A stretch of DNA of 64,000 nucleotides from the human T2T-CHM13v2.0 reference genome, Homo sapiens: the NCBI RefSeq assembly GCF_009914755.1, contig NC_060928.1; one strand, given 5' to 3'. Under the pieces are notes generated by a model, which was not told where the DNA came from, searched no databases, and saw nothing but the letters and a program-made list of their open reading frames with translations. Below are positions 10,501 to 23,696 of this stretch, one piece after another (position 1 is the first letter of the stretch; each line of letters opens with the position of its first letter). Both the position numbers and the translations under genes were made by a program.

Positions 10501-11800
10501 TTCATAGAGCAGATTTGAAACACTCTTTCTCTAGTATCTGGAAGTGGGCATTTCAAGCGCTTTCAGGCCTATTGAGAGAAAGGAAATACCTTCAAATAAA
10601 AACTAGACAGAAGCATTCTCAGAAACTTGTTTGTGATGTGTGTATTCAACTAACAGAGTTGAACTTTTGTTTTTACAGAGCCGTTTTAAAACACTCTTTT
10701 TGTGGAATCAGAAAGTGGATATTCGGATGGCTCTGAGGATTTCGTTGGAAGCGGGATTACATATAAAATCTAGAGAGAAGCATTCTCAGGAACTTCTTTG
10801 TGATGTTTGCATTGAAGTCACAGAATTGAACATTCACTTTGATAGAGCAGGTTTGAAACACTCATTCTGTAGTATCTGGAAGTGGACATTTCAAGCGCTT
10901 TCAGGCCTATGGTGAGAAAGGAAATATCTTCGAATAAAAACTAGACAGAAGCATCCTCAGAAACTTATTTGTGATGTGTGTCCTCAACTAACAGAGTTGA
11001 AACTTTGTTTTGATACAGCATTTTGGAAACACTCTTTTTGTAGAATCTGCAGGTGGATATTTGGATAGCTTAGAGGGATTCGTTGGAAAGGGGATATCTT
11101 CATATAAAATCTAGACAGAAGCATTCTCAGAAACTTATTTGTGATGTGTGTCCTCAACTAACAGAGTTGAACCTTGGTTTTGATACAGCATTTTGGAAAC
11201 ACTCCTTTTGTAGAATCTGCAGGTGGATATGTGGATAGCTCTGAAGATTTCGTTGGAAACGGGAATTTCTTCATATAAAATCAAACAGAAGCATTCTCAG
11301 AAACTTCTCAGTGATGTTTGCATTCAGCTCATGGAGTTGAACACTTCCTTTCATAGAGCCGGTTTGAAACACTCTTTCTGCACTACCTGGAAGAGGACAT
11401 TTCGAGCGCTTTGAGTCCTATGGTGAAAAAGGAAATATCTTCTCATAAAAACCAGAAAGAAGCATTCTCAGAAACTTCTTTGTGTTGTGTGTACTCATGT
11501 AACAGTGTTGAACCATCCTTTTGACAGAGCAGTTTTGAAACACTCTTTTTGTAGAATCTGCAAGTGGATATTTGGATAGCTTTGAGGATTTCGTTGGAAA
11601 CGGGATGACATATAATATCTAGAGAGAAGCATACTCAGGAACTTCTTTGTGATGTTTGCATTCAAGTCACAGAATTGAACATTCCCTTTCATAGAGCAGG
11701 TTTGAAACACTCTTTCTCTAGTATCTGGAAGTGGGCATTTCAAGCGCTTTCAGGCCTATGGAGAGAAAGGAAATACCTTCAAATAAAAACTAGACAGAAG
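7552..11800 (+). repeat. HOR unit 3, 25-mer variant (4249 bp)
   Basis: Spacing 7850->12099 = 4249. Cassette at 9597-10613. Confidence 0.93.
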
Positions 11801-14800
11801 CATTCTCAGAAACTTATTTGTGATGTGTGTCCTCAACTAACAGAGTTGAACCTTTGTTTTGATACAGCATTTTGGAAACACTCCTTTTGTAGAATCTGCA
11901 GGTGGATATTTGGATAACTTTGAAGATTTCGTTGGAAACCGGAATATCTTCATATAAAATCAAGACAGAAGCATTCTCGGAAACATCTCTGTGATGTTTG
12001 CATTCAACTCAGTAGAGTTGAACACTTCCTTTCATAGAGCCGGTTTGAAACACTCTTTCTGCACTACCTGGAAGCGGACATTTCGAGCGCTTTGAGGCCT
12101 ATGGTGAAAAAGGAAATATCTTCTCATAAAAACCAGAAAGAAGCATTCTCAGAAACTTCTTTGTGTTGTGTGTACTCAAGTAACAGTGTTGAACCTTCCT
12201 TTTGACACAGCAGTTTTGAAACACTCTTTTGGTAGAATCTGCAAGTGGATATTTGGATAGCTTTGAGGATTTCGTTGGAAACGGGTTATCTTCATGTAAA
12301 ATCCAGACAGGAGCATTCTCAGAAACTTCTTTGTGCTGCATGTCCTCAATTCACAGAGCTGAACCTTTGTTTGGATACAGCATTTTGGAAACATTCCTTT
12401 AGTAGAATCTGCAAGTTGATATTTAGATAGCTTTGAAGATTTCGTTGGAAACGGGAATATCTTCATAGAAAATCTAGACGGAAGCATTCTCAGAAACTGC
12501 TTTGTGATGTTTGCATTCAAGTCACAGAGTTGAATATTCCCTTTTATAGAGTAGGTTTGAAACACTCTTTCGGCACTACCTGGAAGTGGATATTTCGAGC
12601 TCTTTGAGGCCTATGGTTAAAAGGAAATATCTTCCCATAAAAACTAGACAGAAGCCGTCTCAGAAACTTGTTTGTGATGTGTGTATTCAACTAACAGAGT
12701 TGAACATTTCTGTTACAGAGCAATTTTAAAACACTCTTTTTGTGGAATCTGAAAGTGGATAATTGGATAGCTTTGTGGATTTCGTTGGAAACGGGATGAC
12801 GTATAAAATCTAGAGAGAAGCATTCTCAGGAACTTCTTTCTGATGTTTGCATTCAAGTCACAGAATTGAACATTCCTTTTCATAGTGCAGGTTTGAAACA
12901 CTCTTTCTGTAGTATCTGGAAGTGGACATTTCAAGCGCTTTCAGGCCTACGGGGAGAAAGGAAATATCTTCAAATAAAAACTAGACAGAAGGATTCTCAG
13001 AAACTTATTTGTGATGTGTGTCCTAAACGAACACAGTTGAACCTTTGTTTAGATACAGCATTTTGGAAACACTCCTTTTGTAGGATCTGCAGGTGGATAT
13101 TTGGATAGATTTTAAGATTTCGTTGGAAACGGGAGTTTCTTCATAGAAACTCAAGACAGATGCATTCTCAGAAACATCTCTGTGATGTTTGCATTCCACT
13201 CATAGAGTTGAAAACTTCCTTTCATAGAGCAGGTTTGAAACACTCTTTTTGTAATATTTGGAAGTGGACATTTGCAGCGCTTTGAGGCCTATGGTGAAAA
13301 AGGAAATATCTTCTCATAAAAACCAGAAACAAGCATTCTCAGAAACTTCTTTTTGATGTGTGTACTCAAGTAACAGAGTTGAACCTTCCTTTTGACACAG
13401 CAGTTTTGAAACAATCTTTTTGTAGAATCTGCAAGTGGATATTTGGATAGCTTTGAGGATTTCGTTGGAAACGGGATATCTTCATATAAAATCTAGACAG
13501 AAGCATTCTCAGAAACTTCTTTGTGCTGTATGTCCTCAATTAACAGAGTTGAACCATTGCTTGGATACAGCATTTTGGAAACATTCCTTTAGTAGAATCT
13601 GCAAGTTGATATTGAGATAGATTTGAAGATTTCGTTGGAAAAGGGAATATCTCCATATAAAATCTAGACGGAAGCATTCTCAGAAACTGCTTTGTGATGT
13701 TTCCATTCAAGTCACAGAGTTGAATATTCCCTTTTATAGAGCACGTTTGAAACACTCTTTCTGCACTATCTGGAAGTGGACATTTCGAGCGCTTTGAGGC
13801 CTATGGTGAAAAAGGAAATATCTTCCCATAAAAATTAGACAGAAGCATTCTCAGAAACTTGTTTGTGATGTGTGTATTCAACTAACAGAGTTGAACTTTT
13901 GTTTTTACAGAGCCGTTTTAAAACACTCTTTTTGTGGAATCAGAAAGTGGATATTCGGATGGCTCTGAGGATTTCGTTGGAAGCGGGATTACATATAAAA
14001 TCTAGAGAGAAGCATTCTCAGGAACTTCTTTGTGATGTTTGCATTGAAGTCACAGAATTGAACATTCACTTTGATAGAGCAGGTTTGAAACACTCATTCT
14101 GTAGTATCTGGAAGTGGACATTTCAAGCGCTTTCAGGCCTATGGTGAAAAAGGAAATATCTTCGAATAAAAACTAGACAGAAGCATCCTCAGAAACTTAT
14201 TTGTGATGTGTGTCCTCAACTAACAGAGTTGAAACTTTGTTTTGATACAGCATTTTGGAAACACTCCTTTTGTAGAATCTGCAGGTGGATATGTGGATAG
14301 CTCTGAAGATTTCGTTGGAAACGGGAATTTCTTCATATAAAATCAAACAGAAGCATTCTCAGAAACTTCTCAGTGATGTTTGCATTCAGCTCATGGAGTT
14401 GAACACTTCCTTTCATAGAGCCGGTTTGAAACACTCTTTCTGCACTACCTGGAAGAGGCCATTTCGAGCGCTTTGAGTCCTATGGTGAAAAAGGAAATAT
14501 CTTCTCATAAAAACCAGAAAGAAGCATTCTCAGAAACTTCTTTGTGTTGTGTGTACTCATGTAACAGTGTTGAACCATCCTTTTGACAGAGCAGTTTTGA
14601 AACACTCTTTTTGTAGAATCTGCAAGTGGATATTTGGATAGCTTTGAGGATTTCGTTGGAAACGGGATGACATATAATATCTAGAGAGAAGCATTCTCAG
14701 GAACTTCTTTGTGCTGTTTGCATTCAAGTCACAGAATTGAACATTCCCTTTCATAGAGCAGATTTGAAACACTCTTTCTCTAGTATCTGGAAGTGGGCAT

Positions 14801-17236
14801 TTCAAGCGCTTTCAGGCCTATTGAGAGAAAGGAAATACCTTCAAATAAAAACTAGACAGAAGCATTCTCAGAAACTTGTTTGTGATGTGTGTATTCAACT
14901 AACAGAGTTGAACTTTTGTTTTTACAGAGCCGTTTTAAAACACTCTTTTTGTGGAATCAGAAAGTGGATATTCGGATGGCTCTGAGGATTTCGTTGGAAG
15001 CGGGATTACATATAAAATCTAGAGAGAAGCATTCTCAGGAACTTCTTTGTGATGTTTGCATTGAAGTCACAGAATTGAACATTCACTTTGATAGAGCAGG
15101 TTTGAAACACTCATTCTGTAGTATCTGGAAGTGGACATTTCAAGCGCTTTCAGGCCTATGGTGAGAAAGGAAATATCTTCGAATAAAAACTAGACAGAAG
15201 CATCCTCAGAAACTTATTTGTGATGTGTGTCCTCAACTAACAGAGTTGAAACTTTGTTTTGATACAGCATTTTGGAAACACTCTTTTTGTAGAATCTGCA
15301 GGTGGATATTTGGATAGCTTAGAGGGATTCGTTGGAAAGGGGATATCTTCATATAAAATCTAGACAGAAGCATTCTCAGAAACTTATTTGTGATGTGTGT
15401 CCTCAACTAACAGAGTTGAACCTTGGTTTTGATACAGCATTTTGGAAACACTCCTTTTGTAGAATCTGCAGGTGGATATGTGGATAGCTCTGAAGATTTC
15501 GTTGGAAACGGGAATTTCTTCATATAAAATCAAACAGAAGCATTCTCAGAAACTTCTCAGTGATGTTTGCATTCAGCTCATGGAGTTGAACACTTCCTTT
15601 CATAGAGCCGGTTTGAAACACTCTTTCTGCACTACCTGGAAGAGGCCATTTCGAGCGCTTTGAGTCCTATGGTGAAAAAGGAAATATCTTCTCATAAAAA
15701 CCAGAAAGAAGCATTCTCAGAAACTTCTTTGTGTTGTGTGTACTCATGTAACAGTGTTGAACCATCCTTTTGACAGAGCAGTTTTGAAACACTCTTTTTG
15801 TAGAATCTGCAAGTGGATATTTGGATAGCTTTGAGGATTTCGTTGGAAACGGGATGACATATAATATCTAGAGAGAAGCATTCTCAGGAACTTCTTTGTG
15901 CTGTTTGCATTCAAGTCACAGAATTGAACATTCCCTTTCATAGAGCAGATTTGAAACACTCTTTCTCTAGTATCTGGAAGTGGGCATTTCAAGCGCTTTC
16001 AGGCCTATTGAGAGAAAGGAAATACCTTCAAATAAAAACTAGACAGAAGCATTCTCAGAAACTTGTTTGTGATGTGTGTATTCAACTAACAGAGTTGAAC
16101 TTTTGTTTTTACAGAGCCGTTTTAAAACACTCTTTTTGTGGAATCAGAAAGTGGATATTCGGATGGCTCTGAGGATTTCGTTGGAAGCGGGATTACATAT
16201 AAAATCTAGAGAGAAGCATTCTCAGGAACTTCTTTGTGATGTTTGCATTGAAGTCACAGAATTGAACATTCACTTTGATAGAGCAGGTTTGAAACACTCA
16301 TTCTGTAGTATCTGGAAGTGGACATTTCAAGCGCTTTCAGGCCTATGGTGAGAAAGGAAATATCTTCGAATAAAAACTAGACAGAAGCATCCTCAGAAAC
16401 TTATTTGTGATGTGTGTCCTCAACTAACAGAGTTGAAACTTTGTTTTGATACAGCATTTTGGAAACACTCTTTTTGTAGAATCTGCAGGTGGATATTTGG
16501 ATAGCTTAGAGGGATTCGTTGGAAAGGGGATATCTTCATATAAAATCTAGACAGAAGCATTCTCAGAAACTTATTTGTGATGTGTGTCCTCAACTAACAG
16601 AGTTGAACCTTGGTTTTGATACAGCATTTTGGAAACACTCCTTTTGTAGAATCTGCAGGTGGATATGTGGATAGCTCTGAAGATTTCGTTGGAAACGGGA
16701 ATTTCTTCATATAAAATCAAACAGAAGCATTCTCAGAAACTTCTCAGTGATGTTTGCATTCAGCTCATGGAGTTGAACACTTCCTTTCATAGAGCCGGTT
16801 TGAAACACTCTTTCTGCACTACCTGGAAGAGGACATTTCGAGCGCTTTGAGTCCTATGGTGAAAAAGGAAATATCTTCTCATAAAAACCAGAAAGAAGCA
16901 TTCTCAGAAACTTCTTTGTGTTGTGTGTACTCATGTAACAGTGTTGAACCATCCTTTTGACAGAGCAGTTTTGAAACACTCTTTTTGTAGAATCTGCAAG
17001 TGGATATTTGGATAGCTTTGAGGATTTCGTTGGAAACGGGATGACATATAATATCTAGAGAGAAGCATACTCAGGAACTTCTTTGTGATGTTTGCATTCA
17101 AGTCACAGAATTGAACATTCCCTTTCATAGAGCAGGTTTGAAACACTCTTTCTCTAGTATCTGGAAGTGGGCATTTCAAGCGCTTTCAGGCCTATGGAGA
17201 GAAAGGAAATACCTTCAAATAAAAACTAGACAGAAG
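11801..17236 (+). repeat. HOR unit 4, 32-mer variant (5436 bp)
   Basis: Spacing 12099->17535 = 5436 = 3232+1017+1187. Monomer m occurs three times (13846, 14863, 16050). Confidence 0.92.
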
Positions 17237-20200
17237 CATTCTCAGAAACTTATTTGTGATGTGTGTCCTCAACTAACAGAGTTGAACCTTTGTTTTGATA
17301 CAGCATTTTGGAAACACTCCTTTTGTAGAATCTGCAGGTGGATATTTGGATAACTTTGAAGATTTCGTTGGAAACCGGAATATCTTCATATAAAATCAAG
17401 ACAGAAGCATTCTCGGAAACATCTCTGTGATGTTTGCATTCAACTCAGTAGAGTTGAACACTTCCTTTCATAGAGCAGGTTTGAAACACTCTTTCTGCAC
17501 TACCTGGAAGCGGACATTTCGAGCGCTTTGAGGCCTATGGTGAAAAAGGAAATATCTTCTCATAAAAACCAGAAAGAAGCATTCTCAGAAACTTCTTTGT
17601 GTTGTGTGTACTCAAGTAACAGTGTTGAACCTTCCTTTTGACACAGCAGTTTTGAAACACTCTTTTGGTAGAATCTGCAAGTGGATATTTGGATAGCTTT
17701 GAGGATTTCGTTGGAAACGGGTTATCTTCATATAAAATCCAGACAGGAGCATTCTCAGAAACTTCTTTGTGCTGCATGTCCTCAATTCACAGAGCTGAAC
17801 CTTTGTTTGGATACAGCATTTTGGAAACATTCCTTTAGTAGAATCTGCAAGTTGATATTTAGATAGCTTTGAAGATTTCGTTGGAAACGGGAATATCTTC
17901 ATAGAAAATCTAGACGGAAGCATTCTCAGAAACTGCTTTGTGATGTTTGCATTCAAGTCACAGAGTTGAATATTCCCTTTTATAGAGTAGGTTTGAAACA
18001 CTCTTTCGGCACTACCTGGAAGTGGATATTTCGAGCTCTTTGAGGCCTATGGTTAAAAGGAAATATCTTCCCATAAAAACTAGACAGAAGCCGTCTCAGA
18101 AACTTGTTTGTGATGTGTGTATTCAACTACCAGAGTTGAACATTTCTGTTACAGAGCAATTTTAAAACACTCTTTTTGTGGAATCTGAAAGTGGATAATT
18201 GGATAGCTTTGTGGATTTCGTTGGAAACGGGATGACGTATAAAATCTAGAGAGAAGCATTCTCAGGAACTTCTTTCTGATGTTTGCATTCAAGTCACAGA
18301 ATTGAACATTCCTTTTCATAGTGCAGGTTTGAAACACTCTTTCTGTAGTATCTGGAAGTGGACATTTCAAGCGCTTTCAGGCCTACGGGGAGAAAGGAAA
18401 TATCTTCAAATAAAAACTAGACAGAAGGATTCTCAGAAACTTATTTGTGATGTGTGTCCTAAACGAACACAGTTGAACCTTTGTTTTGATACAGCATTTT
18501 GGAAACACTCCTTTTGTAGGATCTGCAGGTGGATATTTGGATAGATTTTAAGATTTCGTTGGAAACGGGAGTTTCTTCATAGAAACTCAAGACAGATGCA
18601 TTCTCAGAAACATCTCTGTGATGTTTGCATTCCACTCATAGAGTTGAAAACTTCCTTTCATAGAGCAGGTTTGAAACACTCTTTTTGTAATATTTGGAAG
18701 TGGACATTTGCAGCGCTTTGAGGCCTATGGTGAAAAAGGAAATATCTTCTCATAAAAACCAGAAACAAGCATTCTCAGAAACTTCTTTTTGATGTGTGTA
18801 CTCAAGTAACAGAGTTGAACCTTCCTTTTGACACAGCAGTTTTGAAACAATCTTTTTGTAGAATCTGCAAGTGGATATTTGGATAGCTTTGAGGATTTCG
18901 TTGGAAACGGGATATCTTCATATAAAATCTAGACAGAAGCATTCTCAGAAACTTCTTTGTGCTGTATGTCCTCAATTAACAGAGTTGAACCATTGCTTGG
19001 ATACAGCATTTTGGAAACATTCCTTGAGTAGAATCTGCAAGTTGATATTGAGATAGATTTGAAGATTTCGTTGGAAAAGGGAATATCTCCATATAAAATC
19101 TAGACGGAAGCATTCTCAGAAACTGCTTTGTGATGTTTCCATTCAAGTCACAGAGTTGAATATTCCCTTTTATAGAGCACGTTTGAAACACTCTGCACTA
19201 TCTGGAAGTGGACATTTCGAGCGCTTTGAGGCCTATGGTGAAAAAGGAAATATCTTCCCATAAAAACTAGACAGAAGCATTCTCAGAAACTTGTTTGTGA
19301 TGTGTGTATTCAACTAACAGAGTTGAACTTTTGTTTTTACAGAGCCGTTTTAAAACACTCTTTTTGTGGAATCAGAAAGTGGATATTCGGATGGCTCTGA
19401 GGATTTCGTTGGAAGCGGGATTACATATAAAATCTAGAGAGAAGCATTCTCAGGAACTTCTTTGTGATGTTTGCATTGAAGTCACAGAATTGAACATTCA
19501 CTTTGATAGAGCAGGTTTGAAACACTCATTCTGTAGTATCTGGAAGTGGACATTTCAAGCGCTTTCAGGCCTATGGTGAGAAAGGAAATATCTTCGAATA
19601 AAAACTAGACAGAAGCATCCTCAGAAACTTATTTGTGATGTGTGTCCTCAACTAACAGAGTTGAAACTTTGTTTTGATACAGCATTTTGGAAACACTCTT
19701 TTTGTAGAATCTGCAGGTGGATATTTGGATAGCTTAGAGGGATTCGTTGGAAAGGGGATATCTTCATATAAAATCTAGACAGAAGCATTCTCAGAAACTT
19801 ATTTGTGATGTGTGTCCTCAACTAACAGAGTTGAACCTTGGTTTTGATACAGCATTTTGGAAACGCTCCTTTTGTAGAATCTGCAGGTGGATATGTGGAT
19901 AGCTCTGAAGATTTCGTTGGAAACGGGAATTTCTTCATATAAAATCAAACAGAAGCATTCTCAGAAACTTCTCAGTGATGTTTGCATTCAGCTCATGGAG
20001 TTGAACACTTCCTTTCATAGAGCCGGTTTGAAACACTCTTTCTGCACTACCTGGAAGAGGACATTTCGAGCGCTTTGAGTCCTATGGTGAAAAAGGAAAT
20101 ATCTTCTCATAAAAACCAGAAAGAAGCATTCTCAGAAACTTCTTTGTGTTGTGTGTACTCATGTAACAGTGTTGAACCATCCTTTTGACAGAGCAGTTTT

Positions 20201-20464
20201 GAAACACTCTTTTTGTAGAATCTGCAAGTGGATATTTGGATAGCTTTGAGGATTTCGTTGGAAACGGGATGACATATAATATCTAGAGAGAAGCATACTC
20301 AGGAACTTCTTTGTGATGTTTGCATTCAAGTCACAGAATTGAACATTCCCTTTCATAGAGCAGGTTTGAAACACTCTTTCTCTAGTATCTGGAAGTGGGC
20401 ATTTCAAGCGCTTTCAGGCCTATGGAGAGAAAGGAAATACCTTCAAATAAAAACTAGACAGAAG
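17237..20464 (+). repeat. HOR unit 5, 19-mer with a 4-bp deletion (3228 bp)
   Basis: Spacing 17535->20763 = 3228. AAACACTCTGCACTA at ~19186-19200 versus the usual AAACACTCTTTCTGCACTA. Confidence 0.93.
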
Positions 20465-23400
20465 CATTCTCAGAAACTTATTTGTGATGTGTGTCCTCAA
20501 CTAACAGAGTTGAACCTTTGTTTTGATACAGCATTTTGGAAACACTCCTTTTGTAGAATCTGCAGGTGGATATTTGGATAACTTTGAAGATTTCGTTGGA
20601 AACCGGAATATCTTCATATAAAATCAAGACAGAAGCATTCTCGGAAACATCTCTGTGATGTTTGCATTCAACTCAGTAGAGTTGAACACTTCCTTTCATA
20701 GAGCAGGTTTGAAACACTCTTTCTGCACTACCTGGAAGCGGACATTTCGAGCGCTTTGAGGCCTATGGTGAAAAAGGAAATATCTTCTCATAAAAACCAG
20801 AAAGAAGCATTCTCAGAAACTTCTTTGTGTTGTGTGTACTCAAGTAACAGTGTTGAACCTTCCTTTTGACACAGCAGTTTTGAAACACTCTTTTGGTAGA
20901 ATCTGCAAGTGGATATTTGGATAGCTTTGAGGATTTCGTTGGAAACGGGTTATCTTCATATAAAATCCAGACAGGAGCATTCTCAGAAACTTCTTTGTGC
21001 TGCATGTCCTCAATTCACAGAGCTGAACCTTTGTTTGGATACAGCATTTTGGAAACATTCCTTTAGTAGAATCTGCAAGTTGATATTTAGATAGCTTTGA
21101 AGATTTCGTTGGAAACGGGAATATCTTCATAGAAAATCTAGACGGAAGCATTCTCAGAAACTGCTTTGTGATGTTTGCATTCAAGTCACAGAGTTGAATA
21201 TTCCCTTTTATAGAGTAGGTTTGAAACACTCTTTCGGCACTACCTGGAAGTGGATATTTCGAGCTCTTTGAGGCCTATGGTTAAAAGGAAATATCTTCCC
21301 ATAAAAACTAGACAGAAGCCGTCTCAGAAACTTGTTTGTGATGTGTGTATTCAACTACCAGAGTTGAACATTTCTGTTACAGAGCAATTTTAAAACACTC
21401 TTTTTGTGGAATCTGAAAGTGGATAATTGGATAGCTTTGTGGATTTCGTTGGAAACGGGATGACGTATAAAATCTAGAGAGAAGCATTCTCAGGAACTTC
21501 TTTGTGATGTTTGCATTCAAGTCACAGAATTGAACATTCCTTTTCATAGTGCAGGTTTGAAACACTCTTTCTGTAGTATCTGGAAGTGGACATTTCAAGC
21601 GCTTTCAGGCCTACGGGGAGAAAGGAAATATCTTCAAATAAAAACTAGACAGAAGGATTCTCAGAAACTTATTTGTGATGTGTGTCCTAAACGAACACAG
21701 TTGAACCTTTGTTTTGATACAGCATTTTGGAAACACTCCTTTTGTAGGATCTGCAGGTGGATATTTGGATAGATTTTAAGATTTCGTTGGAAACGGGAGT
21801 TTCTTCATAGAAACTCAAGACAGATGCATTCTCAGAAACATCTCTGTGATGTTTGCATTCCACTCATAGAGTTGAAAACTTCCTTTCATAGAGCAGGTTT
21901 GAAACACTCTTTTTGTAATATTTGGAAGTGGACATTTGCAGCGCTTTGAGGCCTATGGTGAAAAAGGAAATATCTTCTCATAAAAACCAGAAACAAGCAT
22001 TCTCAGAAACTTCTTTTTGATGTGTGTACTCAAGTAACAGAGTTGAACCTTCCTTTTGACACAGCAGTTTTGAAACAATCTTTTTGTAGAATCTGCAAGT
22101 GGATATTTGGATAGCTTTGAGGATTTCGTTGGAAACGGGATATCTTCATATAAAATCTAGACAGAAGCATTCTCAGAAACTTCTTTGTGCTGTATGTCCT
22201 CAATTAACAGAGTTGAACCATTGCTTGGATACAGCATTTTGGAAACATTCCTTGAGTAGAATCTGCAAGTTGATATTTAGATAGATTTGAAGATTTCGTT
22301 GGAAAAGGGAATATCTCCATATAAAATCTAGAGGGAAGCATTCTCAGAAACTGCTTTGTGATGTTTCCATTCAAGTCACAGAGTTGAATATTCCCTTTTA
22401 TAGAGCACGTTTGAAACACTCTTTCTGCACTATCTGGAAGTGGACATTTCGAGCGCTTTGAGGCCTATGGTGAAAAAGGAAATATCTTCCCATAAAAACT
22501 AGACAGAAGCATTCTCAGAAACTTGTTTGTGATGTGTGTATTCAACTAACAGAGTTGAACTTTTGTTTTTACAGAGCCGTTTTAAAACACTCTTTTTGTG
22601 GAATCAGAAAGTGGATATTCGGATGGCTCTGAGGATTTCGTTGGAAGCGGGATTACATATAAAATCTAGAGAGAAGCATTCTCAGGAACTTCTTTGTGAT
22701 GTTTGCATTGAAGTCACAGAATTGAACATTCACTTTGATAGAGCAGGTTTGAAACACTCATTCTGTAGTATCTGGAAGTGGACATTTCAAGCGCTTTCAG
22801 GCCTATGGTGAGAAAGGAAATATCTTCGAATAAAAACTAGACAGAAGCATCCTCAGAAACTTATTTGTGATGTGTGTCCTCAACTAACAGAGTTGAAACT
22901 TTGTTTTGATACAGCATTTTGGAAACACTCTTTTTGTAGAATCTGCAGGTGGATATTTGGATAGCTTAGAGGGATTCGTTGGAAAGGGGATATCTTCATA
23001 TAAAATCTAGACAGAAGCATTCTCAGAAACTTATTTGTGATGTGTGTCCTCAACTAACAGAGTTGAACCTTGGTTTTGATACAGCATTTTGGAAACACTC
23101 CTTTTGTAGAATCTGCAGGTGGATATGTGGATAGCTCTGAAGATTTCGTTGGAAACGGGAATTTCTTCATATAAAATCAAACAGAAGCATTCTCAGAAAC
23201 TTCTCAGTGATGTTTGCATTCAGCTCATGGAGTTGAACACTTCCTTTCATAGAGCCGGTTTGAAACACTCTTTCTGCACTACCTGGAAGAGGCCATTTCG
23301 AGCGCTTTGAGTCCTATGGTGAAAAAGGAAATATCTTCTCATAAAAACCAGAAAGAAGCATTCTCAGAAACTTCTTTGTGTTGTGTGTACTCATGTAACA

Positions 23401-23696
23401 GTGTTGAACCATCCTTTTGACAGAGCAGTTTTGAAACACTCTTTTTGTAGAATCTGCAAGTGGATATTTGGATAGCTTTGAGGATTTCGTTGGAAACGGG
23501 ATGACATATAATATGTAGAGAGAAGCATTCTCAGGAACTTCTTTGTGATGTTTGCATTCAAGTCACAGAATTGAACATTCCCTTTCATAGAGCAGGTTTG
23601 AAACACTCTTTCTCTAGTATCTGGAAGTGGGCATTTCAAGCGCTTTCAGGCCTATGGAGAGAAAGGAAATACCTTCAAATAAAAACTAGACAGAAG
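20465..23696 (+). repeat. HOR unit 6, 19-mer
   Basis: Spacing 20763->23995 = 3232. Confidence 0.93.
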
